Below, one piece after another: positions 33,946 through 48,249 of a stretch of DNA of 64,000 nt. This stretch comes from the human T2T-CHM13v2.0 reference genome, Homo sapiens. Location of the stretch: NCBI RefSeq assembly GCF_009914755.1, contig NC_060932.1. One strand, 5' to 3'. Positions within the stretch are counted from its first letter, which is position 1. Each line of letters starts with the position of its first letter. The translations under genes and the position numbers were made by a program. The notes under the pieces are model-generated. The model had not been told where the DNA came from and did no database searches. It worked only from the letters and a program-made list of their open reading frames with translations.

Positions 33946-34345
33946 CTGTCTCACAGAGTTGCTATGCAAACATTAAACATGCTGTCTTACATGTCTTACT
34001 TTAGTGCATACAGAATAGTCACTAAATGTTAGCTGTTATTATTTTATTTGTAATAAAATTTAAATGACGCAAAAGAAAATTAATGCATTCTAGACATGGT
34101 ATAAAATGTTTTCTGAGAAGACGTAACACTACTGAAATGTTAGTGCAAATAATTATTTTTCTATAAGGTGGTTCCTATACCCATATGAGATAAGGTATAG
34201 TATGTTAAATGACAGTTTTCTTGGTGCATTTAAAACACCTTCTAAAACAAATGTTTTCTGTCTGTGATAATTTTTCATCACATAGAATGATTGTAGAGTG
34301 TTTCCTTAATCCTCTACAAAAGTCTCTTAAAAAATAAAACTTCTT

Positions 34346-34630
34346 GACTGGATGTCGTGGCTCATGCCTGTAATTTCAGCACCTTGAGAGGCCAAAATGG
34401 GAAAATTGCTTGAGCCAGGGAGTTCCAGACCAGCCTGTGTAACATAGTGCAACTCCATATCTAAAAAGAAAAAAAATTAGCTGGGCATGGTGGTGTGTTC
34501 CTGCAGTCCCAGTTATACAGGAGGCTGAGGTGAGAGGATCACCTGAGCTCAGGAGATTGAGGCTGCAGTTAACTGTGATTACACCACTGCACTCCCGCCT
34601 ATGACAGAGCAAGACCCTATCTCAAGAAAA
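34346..34630 (+). mobile_element. AluJ
   Basis: Diverged dimeric Alu with J-type ttgagcca/ctca motifs. Confidence 0.9.
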
Positions 34631-37600
34631 ACTGTGCGACCCTATTGAAAAAAATATGTATATACATATATTTTAATAAAAATTATATACACACATATTT
34701 TAATACAAGTTATATATATATATATATATATGTTTTCAAATATACCATTTTTTTTGCAGAGGCCAAGTAGATAATACTTTGGCCTTTAAACACTCTTTTG
34801 CTCTTGTTTGATTTTCCTAAAGGTGATGAATGTCTATTTCTTCATAAGTATACTGAACCACTTCACATTCAACTACCTAAGCAGGGAGGCAGATACATGT
34901 ATCTCAGAAGCCCCATCTGCCGTGTTTTCTTTAAATTTCAAGCTTCAAACACCAAATAGAAATGCATTTAGACCCAACAATGGTGGGAGCAGAAGTAACA
35001 TGGCTTATGGAAGGCAAAATTACAACAGAAATCATAATACAATTGTACCCTCTTCTAAAAGATATAGTGCAATATTACTGCCAAGAAGCAATGCGTCTTT
35101 ATTAAAGGTGAAGAAGCAAAGTGTACCTTTCACATAATCAACATATGATACACATTCACCTTAGAAGGAAACTATATATGCAAATACATAGCATATTTCA
35201 TAATCATAGATAATCATTGTAGATTTGTAAAGGTTGTTGCCTTTAATTGATGCAACTTTAATGTAGCACTGATGTGTCTAGAAGGGCTGATAGAACATTT
35301 CTAGATATATATATATGTATCATATATATGTATCATATATATATATGAATACACACACACACATAAAGGTGAAGAAGCAAAGTGTACCTTTGCTTCTTCA
35401 TATATTTATATGTGAATTTAATTGGTTTCACAAGTTTTCCCCATGTCATATTAGGCCAATTACATACATAATTGAGGCCTGATGTCCTCATTTATAAAGT
35501 GAAGATAAGGATCCCTCTTGTAATTACCAGAATTTTTGTACAAAGAGCTAATCATTCTATTCAAACATTCCAAGTAATATGGGCAGACTTTGAGGGCAGA
35601 GATTGCTGAAGAGTGTTTAGTTATTGAAACATAGTACATTTTCCTATTTTACAGTGAGGAAGCTGCATCTGGCCATGTCAAATTCATGCAAGTAGTTAGC
35701 ACTATTTTACAAATGCTGTCTACTTTTAAAACGTGAGACAAAATTCTTGACTAAGAGCATCTACATGTTTGCCATATAAAAAAATTGTCAGAAAAAAAAC
35801 AAATGTTTGTGCAATGAGAAGATTTTCCCAAAGTGGGGATGTAAGTTACATTTTCCAAAAACAATTCATGTAGCTATTTTATTATAACAATAATTTAGTT
35901 CTCACTGAACCGGCTCTGGTGGAATAAATTTTGTTCTCAAGTCCACCATAACTTTGTCTAACTGAAGAATAATTTTGCCAAAATAAACATGTCAGTAAAA
36001 TTTCAAATATTTCACATTCATATGTAATAACCAACTATTAATCATTCATTAAAAACAATTCACAAATCATACGTCAGATGAAAGTTGCAAAAGTTTCCAC
36101 ATGAGGTAAATTAGCTGACATTGTCTAACGATAATCTGCTCTCAACAAAACTACAATCATTACGTAGATGTAAGCATTTTAATAGAAATTTAAGATACCT
36201 CTTGGGCAATAGCAAGACAGACATAGCGTTCTAAACTATGAAGAATTATAGTAAAATAGAATGCCTTTCTTAGCTAAAGCTCCAATATGGTGATATCATC
36301 CAATAGGTCTATTATGGAGCAAAACAATATTCTTCCTTGATAAGTCAATGAAAAACTCTTGCCCTGCATTGCCAGATAATAGTAAATATATGGTCAGAAG
36401 GAAGCTTAAAATTGTAGATGGTGAGAAAATATATTCATGTTCACCTATAGCATTTATTAAAATCATTAGCATAGCTGCAATGGCAAGTTTAGGAAAGTGA
36501 TAAAGATGATTTAAATTGCTTAACCTTGCATAGGTTAAATAATAACCTTTCTTTGTACATTTTCATCCTTTCTGAGATTCAATACACCTTGTAAAAATAT
36601 ATCATTTTCTCAAGGGCCTTAAGTATATGCCAATCTCAGTGATAGAATGAGAAAAAAAAACCATGTTTTCAAGTAACAATACATTAAAAAGAGATAAGTA
36701 AGTACATATGGAATATATTGCAGCCTAAAAAAAAACAAAAACATTTTTGGAGTATAAAAACATATTGTAAAATGATTTTTTACTTCCTGTCAGAAAAGAG
36801 GAAAGCAAACTCAAGTGCTTTTTAAAAAATTTTTAATGTTGCAAGCTATTAAAGTGTCACATATCTGTAGGAGAAATAGAAGATATTATAAAATAAACTT
36901 GCTAGCATTTATTAAATCATTGGGTTATCAAGAAAATATGAAAAAAAATTTTCAAAATGTTAGGTGCATTTATTGATTAGAAAGGGATAGACAGGACTCT
37001 TGTCATTTTCTCTGACATTTTAATTAACAAAAATGTATTTTATTGATTAATGCATTATTTTTAAAAGGCAAATATTGAGTTCATACTACATAAAAGTATT
37101 TTCTTTAAATATTTTTAGCACGGAGCAGAAGTGATTTTTACTTTGGTTCTCATATATCTTCTTTTCCCTTCGTTGAATCATTTTTAATGAAATTCTAGGA
37201 AATATTCAGGATAAAATTCTAGTCATATAATTTAGTCAATATAAACAGGAATCAAATTTGTTGCAAAAATATCTTCCAGGAATACATACATCATTTTTTA
37301 CTCTCCATTACAAAAGTCTTTTCTGAAATACATAGAATCAAATATTTTAGGAAATAATATTCTAGTTGAATGTAGAAGCTGTATTACTCATATCATACAT
37401 GAATATAAGAAACAAATAAAAATATACGAGAAAATATCATTTGAAAATGAACATTTTTGGAGGAATTTTCACATTGATCAACATGAACAGAAATACAGTA
37501 TTTAGTATTTAGATGTGTTCTAGATACGCAGCACAAACACTGACATAGACACACATTCATATGTCCAAGAAGAGCTACAGGATGGGTAGGGGTTACCTAC

Positions 37601-38574
37601 CTAGCATTGTGATAGAGATAGATGGCTTCATGAAAAGAAAGCTGCATGTACAAAGATTTTGTTATAGAAAAATTTCTGGAAAATTCAAGGAACTACAGAA
37701 TGGCACTGAGTAAAATAGTGTGCCTAGATTTTTCAAATTCATGAATAATACAGAAAAAGGCAGAATTATACATCTATCTATAGCTGTGGAAAATGATATT
37801 AGACAAGTTTATGGAATATACCTATTGCCCAATACAGATTACATGCCCAATGCAGCCACTCTGTAAGAGGGAAGTTTGTGAAACTTAGGTAAGCTAGGAT
37901 CAAGTTTAGATTACACAGCCCTTAGGGAAAACAGAAGACCCAAATCATTAACGAAACTGTAAGTTTTACGGGAAGGCACATATAAAATAGAAGTAAGAAT
38001 GTGTCTCAAAAGCAAGTCTATAAATGGAGAAAAATTTTATATAAACTACTAAAGTATAGAAAGGTGAAACTGTTATCTCCAAAGGGAAAAAAATAATAAT
38101 TATTATCAGGCTTACCTAATATTTTGAAGTCTAAGTAACCTTTATTGACCATTCTGTTGAAAAAAATGAACACTCCTTGATTCTGTATATAGTCTACTTT
38201 TAAAACATGAATGGTAGAAATATAAGAAACTATCAGACAATAAAAATGGGAAAAACAGGGACCTACGCAGGTAAGAAGAGCATTACGACCAGCTTTTCCT
38301 ACTGGGAACATTTGACAACATGATGAACATGAGCTTAGAGTCTCATGTACTCACTAGGAATGGGACAGAGAATACTAGCCTAGTCCTTTGAAATTTTCTG
38401 TTTGTCTTTCATAGTTGTACCATGATATGTTTAGATAAGGATAACTGTATGTTTATCCTACTTGGCTGTTTCTTTAAAAGTCAAATCATGATAATAACAC
38501 CATCTTCTTGAAGTTGTTGAATAGACTAAATGAGATTATATATATATGGAATTATGAAAAGGTCAATTATATAA

Positions 38575-38956
<382 letters not shown>

Positions 38957-39260
38957 TGTTGACCACTTTAGACTAGGAGCTGTGTGTTATTTCTAGCCTG
39001 TTCAACACTTATTTTTGCCAAAATTTCTATATCATTATATTGCCAAAACAGGTGAATTTAAATAATTGGCACCAACTAGAAGCAAAATTGATTCTAGATT
39101 GGAGCTGACCAAACTCATAAAATAAGTTTACATTATTTGAACTGTTAGGTTTTAGTCAAAATGTTGTTTCAACTTAATGTAAATTGTAGCAAATTAGTCA
39201 GAGTCTAAGAGTATTTGGTTTACCGTAGACAAGTGCATTCAAAGATTTGATTTATTGAAT

Positions 39261-39575
39261 CCTGGGCTCCATTGCTCACTTCTGTAATCCCAGCACTTTG
39301 AGAGGTCAAAGATGGAAGATGGCTTGAGGGCAACATTTTGAAACCTGGGAAATATAGTGAAACTCTATCTCTACAAAAAATTAAAAAACGTAGCCAACTA
39401 TTGTGGTGTGCACCTGTAGTTCAGCTACTTGGGAGGCTTGGATGGGAGGATTGCTTGAGTCCAGTAGTTGGAGGCTTCAGTGAGTGAGCTGTGATTGCAC
39501 CACTGCACTCCACCCTGTGTGACAGAGTGAGACCCTATCTCTGAAAAAAAAAAAAACAATAAAACAAACAAAAAA
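39261..39575 (+). mobile_element. AluJ
   Basis: Diverged Alu; TSD atttgatttattga / atttaatttattga. Confidence 0.9.
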
Positions 39576-39844
39576 TACATTTAATTTATTGAGGCATACT
39601 TTAAAGTTTCCAGATAATATAGTTTACAATTCTAACACTGATTAAAATTCTTATCTAATGAACTAATATTATTAAATAATTTAATATGAGTAATTTATTT
39701 CCTGAAAGAGTGTATGAAATATCTGTCACCATAATTTTGGTTATCTGTGCAATACTATATAATATTATAGCAAAAATTATAGGCTATATGAAGAAGCCTG
39801 TAATTCTATGTACCTTATATTAGTTTTCTTATTTATTTTCACAG

Positions 39845-39971
39845 CATCCTTTTTCTATGTAGCAATGAGTTGCTTTTTTTTTGCCTTTTTAAAGATGGAA
39901 GTCACAGCAAAATGGGAAATTAACTTGCCTATTAATTCATGCAACATGACAACTGCAGAGCAATGTCTAGA
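39845..39971 (+). other. Candidate exon (127 nt, or 77 nt from an alternative acceptor at 39895)
   Basis: Acceptors ttttcttatttattttcacag and ttttgcctttttaaag; donor AGA|gtaaga. Confidence 0.35.
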
Positions 39972-40060
39972 GTAAGACAATAGTATGTCTTATTCTTCTT
40001 CAGAAAATATTCTTATATGTCATATTTAGTTAAAATATCATGTATCATATCATATGTTTA

Positions 40061-40630
40061 TGTAAGCCAAAAATGAAATTCTAAGCCCCGTCCTCAACAA
40101 TTGAACAGACTCCTTCTCTCGGCCAAAAGAATTTGAAAGAAAACTAATCAAATAGCTCAGGTCATAATGGGAAGATGGCATTGGACACAACTCATTATAT
40201 TCTCTTCCCTTTGGAATTCAGGCACCAATGACCAAAATTAATGTGAAAAAAGAGATCTTAAGACTAATATAACAAACTCTTTGTAGCAATAAGATACCAA
40301 ATTCTAATTTGACTTTTTCTATTGATTCCAGGTCGTTAGGTAATAACTCCTTCAACCAATTGCCACTCAGAAAATATTTGAATCCACCTATAACCCACCC
40401 ACATCAAGTCTTCCCTCCTTTCCAGACTGAACCAATGTTTACCTCACATGTGTTGATTGATGTTTTATGTCTCCCTAAAACATATAAAACCAAGCTGTAA
40501 CTCAACCACTCAGGACACATGTTCTCAGGATCTCTTGAGACTGTGCCTTTGGCCTTGGTTACTCATTTTCGGCTCAGAATAAACCTCTTTAAATATTTTA
40601 CAAAGTTTGTTTTTTTCATTTTCATCAACA
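40061..40630 (+). mobile_element. MER4-family ERV1 solo LTR
   Basis: tgtaagccaaaaatgaaattctaagcccc...ggctcagaataaacctctttaaatatttt...tcaaca. Confidence 0.85.
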
Positions 40631-40805
40631 TTAATAGTATTTTAGTTTAGGGAATATTGCTATTATTCAAGCAACTAGCAGTGGAAGTCAGAATATTGTC
40701 ATGAAATTATAACTTACTAAATACTATAATGAAGACAATCTTCTAATTCATCAACACGTCTTCAGAAATTTCTTATTCTCCTGTACTACATTGGATGCTA
40801 CAGAT

Positions 40806-41003
40806 CAGAGACTCTCAGCCTTGACACTATTGGCATTATACAGTGAATGAGTCTTTGTTTGGGGGGCATGTTCTGAGCTCTTGAAAATGTGTAGCACCAT
40901 CTTGTACTTCTACCTACTAGAGACGAGCAGCATCCCCTTCCCAGTTGTAACATAGAAAATATCTCCAGACATTGACAACATCACATCCTTTTGAGAATTA
41001 TGG
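40806..41003. mobile_element. MER20 hAT fossil
   Basis: ctcagccttgacactattggc...ctacctactaga...cccagttgtaac...tctccagacattg. Confidence 0.8.
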
Positions 41004-41776
41004 CTGCTGAAGTAAGCAATAATTGTGGATAAGACAAATTAGGTTTCTGACCAACATTTAATGGGAAACACAATTAAATGAAAAATAAATAAACTGGAAC
41101 AATACTCATTGTTCTAAATCATTTAAAGTTACTAAATGGGATAAAGTCATATGTAATGGAAGAGACCATATTCAGGGAATAGTTCTTGAAAAGGTTGCTC
41201 TTGAGTTAAAATTTAAGGGCTGAAAAGACGCTATATATGTGAAGAGATTAATAAAGTGTCAGTGTCTTTCCGATTTAAAAACATGCCTAAATCTGCCCAC
41301 AAAGCCATACAAGACTTTCCAAAGAAGGCTTTATATTTAAGATAGAGACATTATGAATTTGTATGTTAGCAAGTTGAAGAAAGGCTACCCAGCCCCTGCC
41401 CTAATGGAATGGAAATGGTAGTTGGATTATTACTATTTTCTGGGGGCAGTTCTAAGTACCCCAATTCTCACAGGGTAACAACACTTGGAGAGCCAGGTAC
41501 ACAGATTGCTCTGGGTTACATTACAAAGGAGGGACCCAAGCTTTAAAAAATGCAAACTTTGATAATGGCAATAAACATGTCTGCCCGACTTTTACCCTAC
41601 AGGGAGGACTAATTTTTATCATGCTGGAGCATAAATAAGCCTGCCCTTTGCTCTAGAGGATGACTATATCTATCTCCCAAGGCTGTCGACTACACAAACA
41701 TTCTTGAATAGATGGTGAGCAAAAAAAACGTAGTGAAGAGACTCATGGGAAATTGTCTTAGAGCACATAGGAAAGG

Positions 41777-42154
41777 TGTTATGGATTAAATTGTGTCCTA
41801 AAATTCCTGTGTTGGAGCCCTAACCCCGAATATAACTATATTTGGAGATAGGGCCTTTAAATAGCTACTAAGATGACATGAGGTCAGAATAGTGGGGCCC
41901 TAAACCATTATGATTGTTTTCTTCTAAGAAGTGGGAGAAACACCAAGGAAATGTGCTCACAGAGAAAAGGCATGTGAGAACACAATGATATGAAGCTGTC
42001 TGAAAAACAAGGAGAGAAGCTGAAGAGAAAATCAAACCTGCTACAACCTTCGTCTTGGAATTCCAACCTCTAGACCTGTGGGAAAATAAATTTCTTTTGT
42101 TTGACCCATTCAATCTGTGGTAGTTTGTTATGACAGCCTATGCTGACTAATGCA
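41777..42154 (+). mobile_element. MLT1A/B MaLR LTR
   Basis: tgttatggattaaattgtgtcc...aataaatttc...ctgactaatgca. Confidence 0.85.
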
Positions 42155-42284
42155 AGTAGTAATCACAGGTGGAAGCTTAAAATCTAGATTACATATAATA
42201 TAATGACAGAGTCATCAGAGAGACAAACTAAATAAAAACATGAGCAGTACATAGGAGCATTTAGATGTCAAAATTTTTAAAATG

Positions 42285-42775
42285 TCTGAGATCTTGCCCA
42301 CTTAGGCTGACAAGTTATTGAGTTACAGTTTAGCAGATGCTGGTAGAATACTTGTGATTCTGACTGGGTCTGAAATGAAGGACAGTTTATTAGTCACACC
42401 AACAGCAGTACCCAGATTATCACCGTTTTTCTCCTGGTTCTCTGAGCTCTAGTTCTCATAGGACAATACAAATGAAGCCAGATGACACATGGACATGAAG
42501 TAATTTACATGGCAGGAAAAGAAATCTGAGCTAAGCTGACTTGAATCATTTTTAATGCCCAGTAAGCATACTGCTCCTTTGCTCCAGCAAAAGACTATCT
42601 TCTAAGGATGTTAGCTCACCTGACCTTTACATCAGAGGAAAAATCAGTATCTCTATCTTCCTTCTCTGCTATACGAACATCCTTGAAAAGATAGTTTACA
42701 ATTTAAGAGGTCAGTGCCTTCTTTGCAACATGTATAGAAACAGTATTGAACAACAGGGAATTATCTTCCAGCATT
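42285..42775 (-). mobile_element. Old ERV LTR; a related copy lies at ~41400-41765
   Basis: Shared motifs cctttgctc.ag and aacat.cttgaa.agat.gt in both segments. Confidence 0.4.
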
Positions 42776-42808
42776 CAGAAGAAATCAGAAAATGAACCAT
42801 CACATTTT

Positions 42809-43400
<592 letters not shown>

Positions 43401-44436
43401 AGAACCATCACATTTTTATTTGAGAAACACCTTGCATCTTTTTTCCCTTGATAGATGTCATCTAAAATGTTTAATATGTGGGTGCCTATAAAATAAAATT
43501 TGAGAAGAAACAAGATAATGGGCCCTACTGCAAAAATATTTATTTCACTATTCACGGTTAATACTTAAAATGCTATCATTGCATTTCAGTGATTGTGAAG
43601 AGTATTGTTTCAATGCCAAAGCATTCTTTTTGGGAAACAAATAATCCTGGGAAAGATAACACATTGTAACCAACATTTTGTGAAGTAAATTTAGCTAAAT
43701 GATTACTTTTCTTGAAATAGAGACACTGGATAGTTGTAGGAAATCCTTTAAGGTGGGAAGATATAAGAAGAAATTGTAGGTGTCAAAGAAATTTTAAAGA
43801 ATATTTATATTAGGACCATCTGTCTTGTGCTTATGTTGCAATAAGTTTCTATGTGTAGAATTATACCCTCTAACATGTGCTAATGTTCTCTATTAAACAT
43901 GTATAGAACTGCTTTTATAATGCCTTTTAATTTTCCAAAAGTTCATTCTTAAATGGATTTTACATTTAGAAAAAAAATTATTGGTAGTCATCTCCTTGGA
44001 TAATTACATTTAGTGTATTGAAGTGACTCCACAAAATTCTGCATCAAGGCTTAAAAACTAATAAACATAGGGACTTGCAAATCCACTCTGAGTATATATA
44101 CATATATATGTTTGTGTGTATATATATATATATGTATGTATAATACATACACATATACATACATATAATACATATAGTGCTAGTCTGTAAGGAGACTTTT
44201 CTGTTTCATATGCATCTGAATAACTGAAGGCAGTATATCAGTGTCAACTGTGTGGTACAAAAAGTTAATTCTAAAACTATGTGGAAGCAGACAACTGTAA
44301 ATAGAAGTAAACAGAAAATGCCTTCTTTAAATAAAGAGCTTCTTTGTAATGGATGCAGAGAATTTGGACATGTAAAATTGGTAAAGGTATAGCTAGCTGC
44401 AAATAAGACCATAGAAATGCTTAAAGACAAGAATGT

Positions 44437-44850
44437 TGTTATTGACTCAATTATGCCCCCACCCACAACCCATTAGTGTATTGAATCTTTAACCTCCAAT
44501 GTGACTATAATTGAAGAAGGTCATTAACATTAAATCTAGTTATAAAAGTGGGGCCCTAGTTCAACAGGACCAGTGTCCTTAAAAGAAGAAGAGACACAGG
44601 ATCTCTCTCTCTCTTTGTCTCTCTCTCTCCCTTTCTCTCATTCTGTGCACATAGAATAAAGGGTATGTGAAAACACCTGTGAGAAGGCAGCCACCTGCAA
44701 ACCAGAAGGAGAGGCATCACCAGAAACCAACCCTGCAGTCGTCTTGATCTTGGACTTTCATATTCCAGAACTGTGAGAAAATAAATTTTGATTGTTTAAG
44801 CTATCCAGTCCTAGGGTATTTTTTTTTTTTTATGAGCAGACAAATGTATA
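44437..44850 (+). mobile_element. MLT1A/B MaLR LTR
   Basis: accagaaaccaaccctgc...ttgatcttggactt...gaactgtgagaaaataaa. Confidence 0.85.
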
Positions 44851-45101
44851 AGGCATGTTTCAAGACAGTGGATATGCAGTTTAAGTAAGATAGAAATTGG
44901 GTACAAGTGGCCTTTTGTAACATGACAGAAATTTAATATATTTTGTGAATAAACAAATGTGCAAGCTGTTTATGTATTTGCACTTAGGAAACAGAGGCAG
45001 AATAAAAAAATTACTAAAATTTATAGTGTGATGGACACCTGCCTTAAGAGAAGAATAGAGACAGTAAAGAAGAAGGGAAGGATGGAAAGAAAATGAGAGA
45101 A

Positions 45102-45400
45102 GGCCAGGTGCAGTGGCTCATGCCTGTAATCTCAGCACTTTGGAAGTCCAAGGCGGGTGGATCACGAGGACAGGAGTTCGAGACCAGCCTGGCCAACATG
45201 GTGAAACCCCGTCTCTACTAAAAATACAAAAATTAGCCAGACATGGTGGAGCATGCCTGTAGTCCCACCTACTCTGGAGACTGAGGCAGAATAATCACTT
45301 GAACCTGGAAGGCAGAGGTTTCAGTGAGCCGAGATCACACCACTGCACTCCAGCCTAGGTGACAGAGAGAAACTCCATCTCAAAAAAAAAAAAAAAAAAA
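45102..45400 (+). mobile_element. AluS
   Basis: Full dimer; TSD aaagaaaatgaga at 45086-45098 and 45401-45413. Confidence 0.96.
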
Positions 45401-46119
45401 AAAGAAAATGAGATAAAACAGGAACTGATTTTTTTATGCAAGCAAGGAAGAAATCAAATGTAAATCTATGTTTTAAGTCCTAATAGAACAGTGGATAGTG
45501 ACATTGAATTCAAGTGTGGGAGTCCGTTATAGTGGAAAGAAAATATTTGAGTTGGAAAGAAAGATTTGAGATGACAATTGGATCGGTAAGGGAGAAAGAC
45601 TGGGTGATTGTTGTTGATGTAAACCTGGAAATAGAGGGAGATAGCAGAAAGAGAGTGATTTAGTAATTATCTACATAGAGATGCTCATTGAAGCAATCAG
45701 ATTTGATTTCCATCTTGAAGGAAGATATTCTTGTTGAGTTAGAGAACACAAAGTTCCTTCATTACAGAGCAAATAGCTAAAATTCATTTAACTGGATTAA
45801 ATTATATATTTTAGTAGTTTCTGTTATGCTTATCCCTGCCCATCTAGTATAAAATCCTGCTCTTCAGCTAATGTTAAGCAAATCTAAGTGTAGCTTAGAT
45901 CCATCAATTGATGGTATCCAGAATTTTTCAGTAATTTAGGACAGAATACTAGATATTGACATATCTAATAAATATCACTGTTTTCTTTAATATTTCCCTA
46001 GTTTATATGACTGGATTTATGAATTAGTCCATGGTTCAACTGCAAGCCACCAGACCTCAAGATCTGCTCTGAAACCAGGGATTTAAGACATTTAAGATAA
46101 TAGATTGTTAAAATTGCAG

Positions 46120-46436
46120 GGCCGGACACAATGGCTCATGCCTGTAATCCCGGCACTTTGAGAGGCCTAAGTAGGCGGATCACTTGAGGCCAGGAGTTCA
46201 AGACCAGCCTAGGCAACAAGGTGAAACCCCATCTCTACTAAAAAGAAAAAATTCAAAAATCAGCCAGACATGTTGGTGGGTGCCTGTAATCCCAGCTACT
46301 CTAGAGGCTGAGGCAGGAGAATCGCTAAAACCAGGAGGCAGAGGTTGCAGTGAGCTAAGATTACGTGACTGCATGACTGCATGCTAGCCTGGGTGACAGA
46401 GCGAGACTCTATCTCAAAAAAAAAAAGAAAAGAAAA
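46120..46436 (+). mobile_element. AluS/J
   Basis: Full dimer with a small tgactgca duplication near the 3' end. Confidence 0.93.
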
Positions 46437-47918
46437 ATCCAATAAATCAAAATATAATTGCTATAGTATTTAAAGTCAGTAAATTAATGACTTTTATTTG
46501 TAATAAATATAACTGTTTAATTCAGAAACATAATATACAAAACATTATTTTTAAGTTTAATGAAATAACACATATTTAAATAGTAAAATGATTGGCATAA
46601 AATAGTAGCAGTAGTTGTAGGAGTAATTGCCAATGTTAATAGAGTGGTTGCTATTCTAGATGCTTTAAGAATATAATTTTGTTAGTCCTCCAATCATTCA
46701 TAATATATAATATTATTCATTCTATTTTACAGATGAGAACTTTAAGGGAATTTAGGTAACTTGAACAAAATCCAGATTTCGTGCCATTGTAGACTGGATC
46801 CAAGGGACATACACTAAACCATTAGAAATATACAATGAAGTAGCATTTACACATACTGATTTAAATATTTCCGCAGCCTATAATTTTAAAGGGCCCCACA
46901 ATTTACCTTTCTTATCTTAATAAGAACTAGGGTTATGTTACCTTTATGTGAGACATACTAGTAGAATCAGCAGTTAAAATGTATTTCGTGCACATAGTAT
47001 GAATTCCATGAATTTAATATTTTTGATCCTTTGAATGTTCTAAATTAGAAAAATCTTCCAGGCATTGTGACACATACAAATATGAGCCATTCATCCTTAA
47101 GGTTTTCTTTGGATGGGAGTTGGTGTAAAACAGGTAAAACATTGAGACTTCTGAAATTGATTGCTATAATTCTCCCATGAAAATAAACCAAAGGAAATCT
47201 CAAAATGTTAACTATATACTGGTTTTAGTTTTTAAAAAATTTACAAGGTTTTCCATAAAAACCAGTAATTGAGCTAATAAAAGTTATGTAGCTATTAATA
47301 ATGAGCCAGTCAATGGAAGGTAAACCCTTGGCTCTTATGAAACATCATGTCAATTGATAACTTGAGGCCCAAACTTACAACAGAATCTCCTAAAAGAAAG
47401 AACAGTGGCCTGCAAAGATGAAACATTAATAATATTTAGTTAAGTCTCATTTATGCCAGAGAAAAAATATCTTGACTTGGATTATTTTTACCTAGGCCAA
47501 CAGTGGTAGAATGGGGGATTATACAACTTAGTGCCATTTCTATCCCATATTTTTGTAAATAATAAATTTATTCATATTCATCATGGTTATATTTATAAGG
47601 AGAAATATTATATTTCCCCTTTGTCTCCAAAATTACCTATCAAAATTTATTTCTATCATTTTTTTCATTTTAAGTTTTCACAGGTGTTGTCACCCATACA
47701 ATTTTTCCACCCCAGCTCTCTTTCTCTTCTCTATTTCCAGTATCAAAACATTCCTCTTCTTTATAAAAAAAAAAAAAAACACTTTTCATGCAAGACAATT
47801 GATCTACAAATAATTGCATTTGAACCTGAAATTGTCTAAGCGAAACAACCCCTCAATAATCATGATGCTATCTCTACTAAGAATTCTTAAACAAGCTACC
47901 AATGGAAAAATACATGCA

Positions 47919-48249
47919 CAGTTGACTCTTTATATCTGTGAGTCTCACATCAGTTGATTCAACTAATGGTGAAATTAAAATACTAGAATATAAATTTCTA
48001 TAAAGTTTTGAAAAGCAAACCTTGAATTTGCCATGCATCAAATACTATGTTGAATCCACAATATTGGAATGATGTATAGGCACTGAATTCAGTATTACAA
48101 GTAATTTAGAGATGATTTAAAATATTCAGGAAGTGTGGAGGTTATATCTAAATTCTGTGCCATTTTATGAGGGACTTGAGCATTTGCAGAATTTGATATC
48201 TGTTGAGGGGGTCTGAAATCAATGCACCATGAATACTGAGGAACAACTG
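47919..48249. mobile_element. MER2 (TcMar-Tigger) fossil
   Basis: Terminal inverted repeats cagttg...caactg followed by TA; internal MER2 motifs. Confidence 0.8.

Noticed and set aside
36279-36320. Imperfect inverted repeat gctcca...tggagc
   Set aside because: Stem too short and interrupted to distinguish from chance
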